DNA of 51,757 nt from Octopus bimaculoides (Eukaryota), in assembly GCF_001194135.2 (NCBI RefSeq), contig NC_068992.1, positions 18,533,155-18,584,911 of the forward strand, read 5' to 3'. Each line of letters starts with the position of its first letter. Positions within the stretch are counted from its first letter, which is position 1. The translations under genes were made by a program, and so were the position numbers. Below, piece after piece: positions 49,715 through 51,757 of the stretch. The notes under the pieces are model-generated. The model saw only the letters and a program-made list of their open reading frames with translations, did no database searches and was not told the DNA's origin.

Positions 49715-50630
49715 TTTATTCCACTTACTTCAGTCATTGGGCTGCAGTCATACTGGAGCACAGCCTTGAAGGATTTACTGGAGCCAATTGAACATAGTAT
49801 CATTTTCTAAGTTTTGTACTTATCCCTTCTGTTTCTTTTGCCGAATCGCTATTTTCAAGAATGTAAACAAACCAACGCCGGTCTTCATNNNNNNNNNNNN
49901 NNNNNNNNNNNNNNNNNNNNNNNNNNNNNNNNNNNNNNNNNNNNNNNNNNNNNNNNNNNNNNNNNNNNNNNNNNNNNNNNNNNNNNNNNNNNNNNNNNNN
50001 NNNNNNNNNNNNNNNNNNNNNNNNNNNNNNNNNNNNNNNNNNNNNNNNNNNNNNNNNNNNNNNNNNNNNNNNNNNNNNNNNNNNNNNNNNNNNNNNNNNN
50101 NNNNNNNNNNNNNNNNNNNNNNNNNNNNNNNNNNNNNNNNNNNNNNNNNNNNNNNNNNNNNNNNNNNNNNNNNNNNNNNNNNNNNNNNNNNNNNNNNNNN
50201 NNNNNNNNNNNNNNNNNNNNNNNNNNNNNNNNNNNNNNNNNNNNNNNNNNNNNNNNNNNNNNNNNNNNNNNNNNNNNNNNNNNNNNNNNNNNNNNNNNNN
50301 NNNNNNNNNNNNNNNNNNNNNNNNNNNNNNNNNNNNNNNNNNNNNNNNNNNNNNNNNNNNNNNNNNNNNNNNNNNNNNNNNNNNNNNNNNNNNNNNNNNN
50401 NNNNNNNNNNNNNNNNNNNNNNNNNNNNNNNNNNNNNNNNNNNNNNNNNNNNNNNNNNNNNNNNNNNNNNNNNNNNNNNNNNNNNNNNNNNNNNNNNNNN
50501 NNNNNNNNNNNNNNNNNNNNNNNNNNNNNNNNNNNATATGTATATAGGACGGTCTTACACACAGTTCCTGCCTATGAATTTCACTCCCAAGGCATCGATC
50601 GGCCTGAGGATATAGTAGAAGATATCTGTA
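49715..50630 (-). mobile_element. SINE family A spanning the 49889-50535 gap
   Basis: 3' half CTTCAGTCATT..CTGGAGCACAGCCTT..TTTTGCCGAATCGCT lies before the gap. CACTCCCAAGGC..GGCCTGAGGATATAGTAGAAGA lies after it. Confidence 0.7.
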
Positions 50631-50756
50631 CTAATTGTCACGAATTTGAGCTGGAACTGAAATTCTATGTATGTAGGCACTCTGAATCTCCTTTGAAATG
50701 AAATTTCAGCTGTCGCATGAACTATTTTCCATTTATTTACAAGTATTATTTTGTAG

Positions 50757-50828
50757 TACGCCAATTAGGAGTCGCTCACCGGGATTAGCGGAGACATTTA
50801 TCCTTAGAACGATACAGCAAGCCGGAAA
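50757..50828 (+). CDS. Candidate 72-nt phase 2-2 exon (TPIRSRSPGLAETFILRTIQQAG)
   Basis: Acceptor TATTATTTTGTAG, donor AAA|GTAAGC, length a multiple of 3, one open frame. No homology recognised. Confidence 0.25.
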
Positions 50829-51717
50829 GTAAGCATAAACCGAAACTTAAATTACGATAAGGAGATGTTAAGCAGTGTAACAGATAACTTATAGGCTCCA
50901 AAGAACAGTTAAAAAGAAAACAAGCTACAATCTCCGCTGCTATTTGCCGTTCACTTTGTTGCTTTGAAACTTTAAGATCACAGCACGACTTCTATATAAT
51001 CTCAATATTTCTCAGAACCATGTTACTCTTTTCACTAGACTGATTTTTTTCTGTATGACACGTAATAGATTAAGTAGTAGTAGTAGTAGTAGGTGGAAGA
51101 GGCAGAGAAAGGAAGAAAGGGAGAGGAAAAGGGGAAAGATGAATGAAAACAAGGGAAGAAGACAAGAAACGTGGTTATTGATCTGTTGTTCTTGATTAGA
51201 GTAGATGCTGCGTCAAACGTTTGACAAGTAAAAAATTAAAACGCACAAAAAAATAGTACAATTATCAAAATACAAAGTATAAATTTTGTATTGTATAACG
51301 AATATATGACAAAGCATTCAATCAAATATTTCTGTATATATTTTCGTATTCAAAGAAAATATATAACAATTTTTTGAAGAATCATAGAAAATTGCTTAAT
51401 GTATTCAAAGGATGTCACTGTGTGTATCATAAAACAATTATAATATGTACCACAGCACACTATCTTTTACTAGGTGATATCTTGGAAACGCCTACTTTAG
51501 AATAGAGGAGGCAGCTGATGAAGGAAAAGTTCCATAAGTGGCGCGTCTGTTTTCCTATGTGTTCGTTCTGTTGTCTGTAAACGAAAGTCCGTTTTTGTGC
51601 TTTCTGTTCCCGTTCCTTTTTCTGACGTCCTGTACCTGGATATGCATCTATATATACATGTAGATGTAGGTATGTACATATATGTATGTATACATGCATA
51701 TGCTCATATATCATTTG

Positions 51718-51757
<40 letters not shown>

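Noticed and set aside
50757-50790. Frame reading RQLGVAHRD, resembling a kinase catalytic loop
   Set aside because: An in-frame TAG follows immediately, there is no donor after HRD, and no other kinase subdomains are nearby.
51515-51537. Second hammerhead-like motif CTGATGA-A-GGAA-AAG-TTCC
   Set aside because: The essential GAAA after stem II is ATAA, and no stem I or III pairing was found. At most a decayed PLE-type terminus.

Overview
This is AT-rich eukaryotic DNA, very dense in microsatellites, from a gapped draft assembly. It has 16 N-gaps totalling about 5.2 kb, and most are flanked by (AT)n. The SINE families and repeat landscape suggest an Octopus-like cephalopod (inference). No host protein-coding gene can be called with confidence. 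Nearly all ORFs in the supplied track come from microsatellites or N-runs, and the rest are decayed transposon frames. Recognisable content: (i) four short R4/Dong-like non-LTR 3' ends, three of them bracketed by (TAA)n arrays; (ii) three RTE-clade relics: one Rex3/Expander-like, one BovB-like, and one with a 5' inversion that fits twin priming; (iii) a CR1/Jockey-type relic, a Penelope-like RT and a mariner 5' end; (iv) about 25 copies of four tRNA-type SINE families (here A-D), including a nested copy with a perfect 15-bp TSD; (v) three unclassified dispersed repeat pairs; (vi) a degenerate minimal hammerhead motif inside a SINE; (vii) a speculative chain of micro-exons at 48.87-50.83 kb that includes a duplicated, possibly mutually exclusive pair. 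Boundaries of decayed elements are approximate (about +/-10-30 bp). Family names come from recalled motif similarity, not from database searches.
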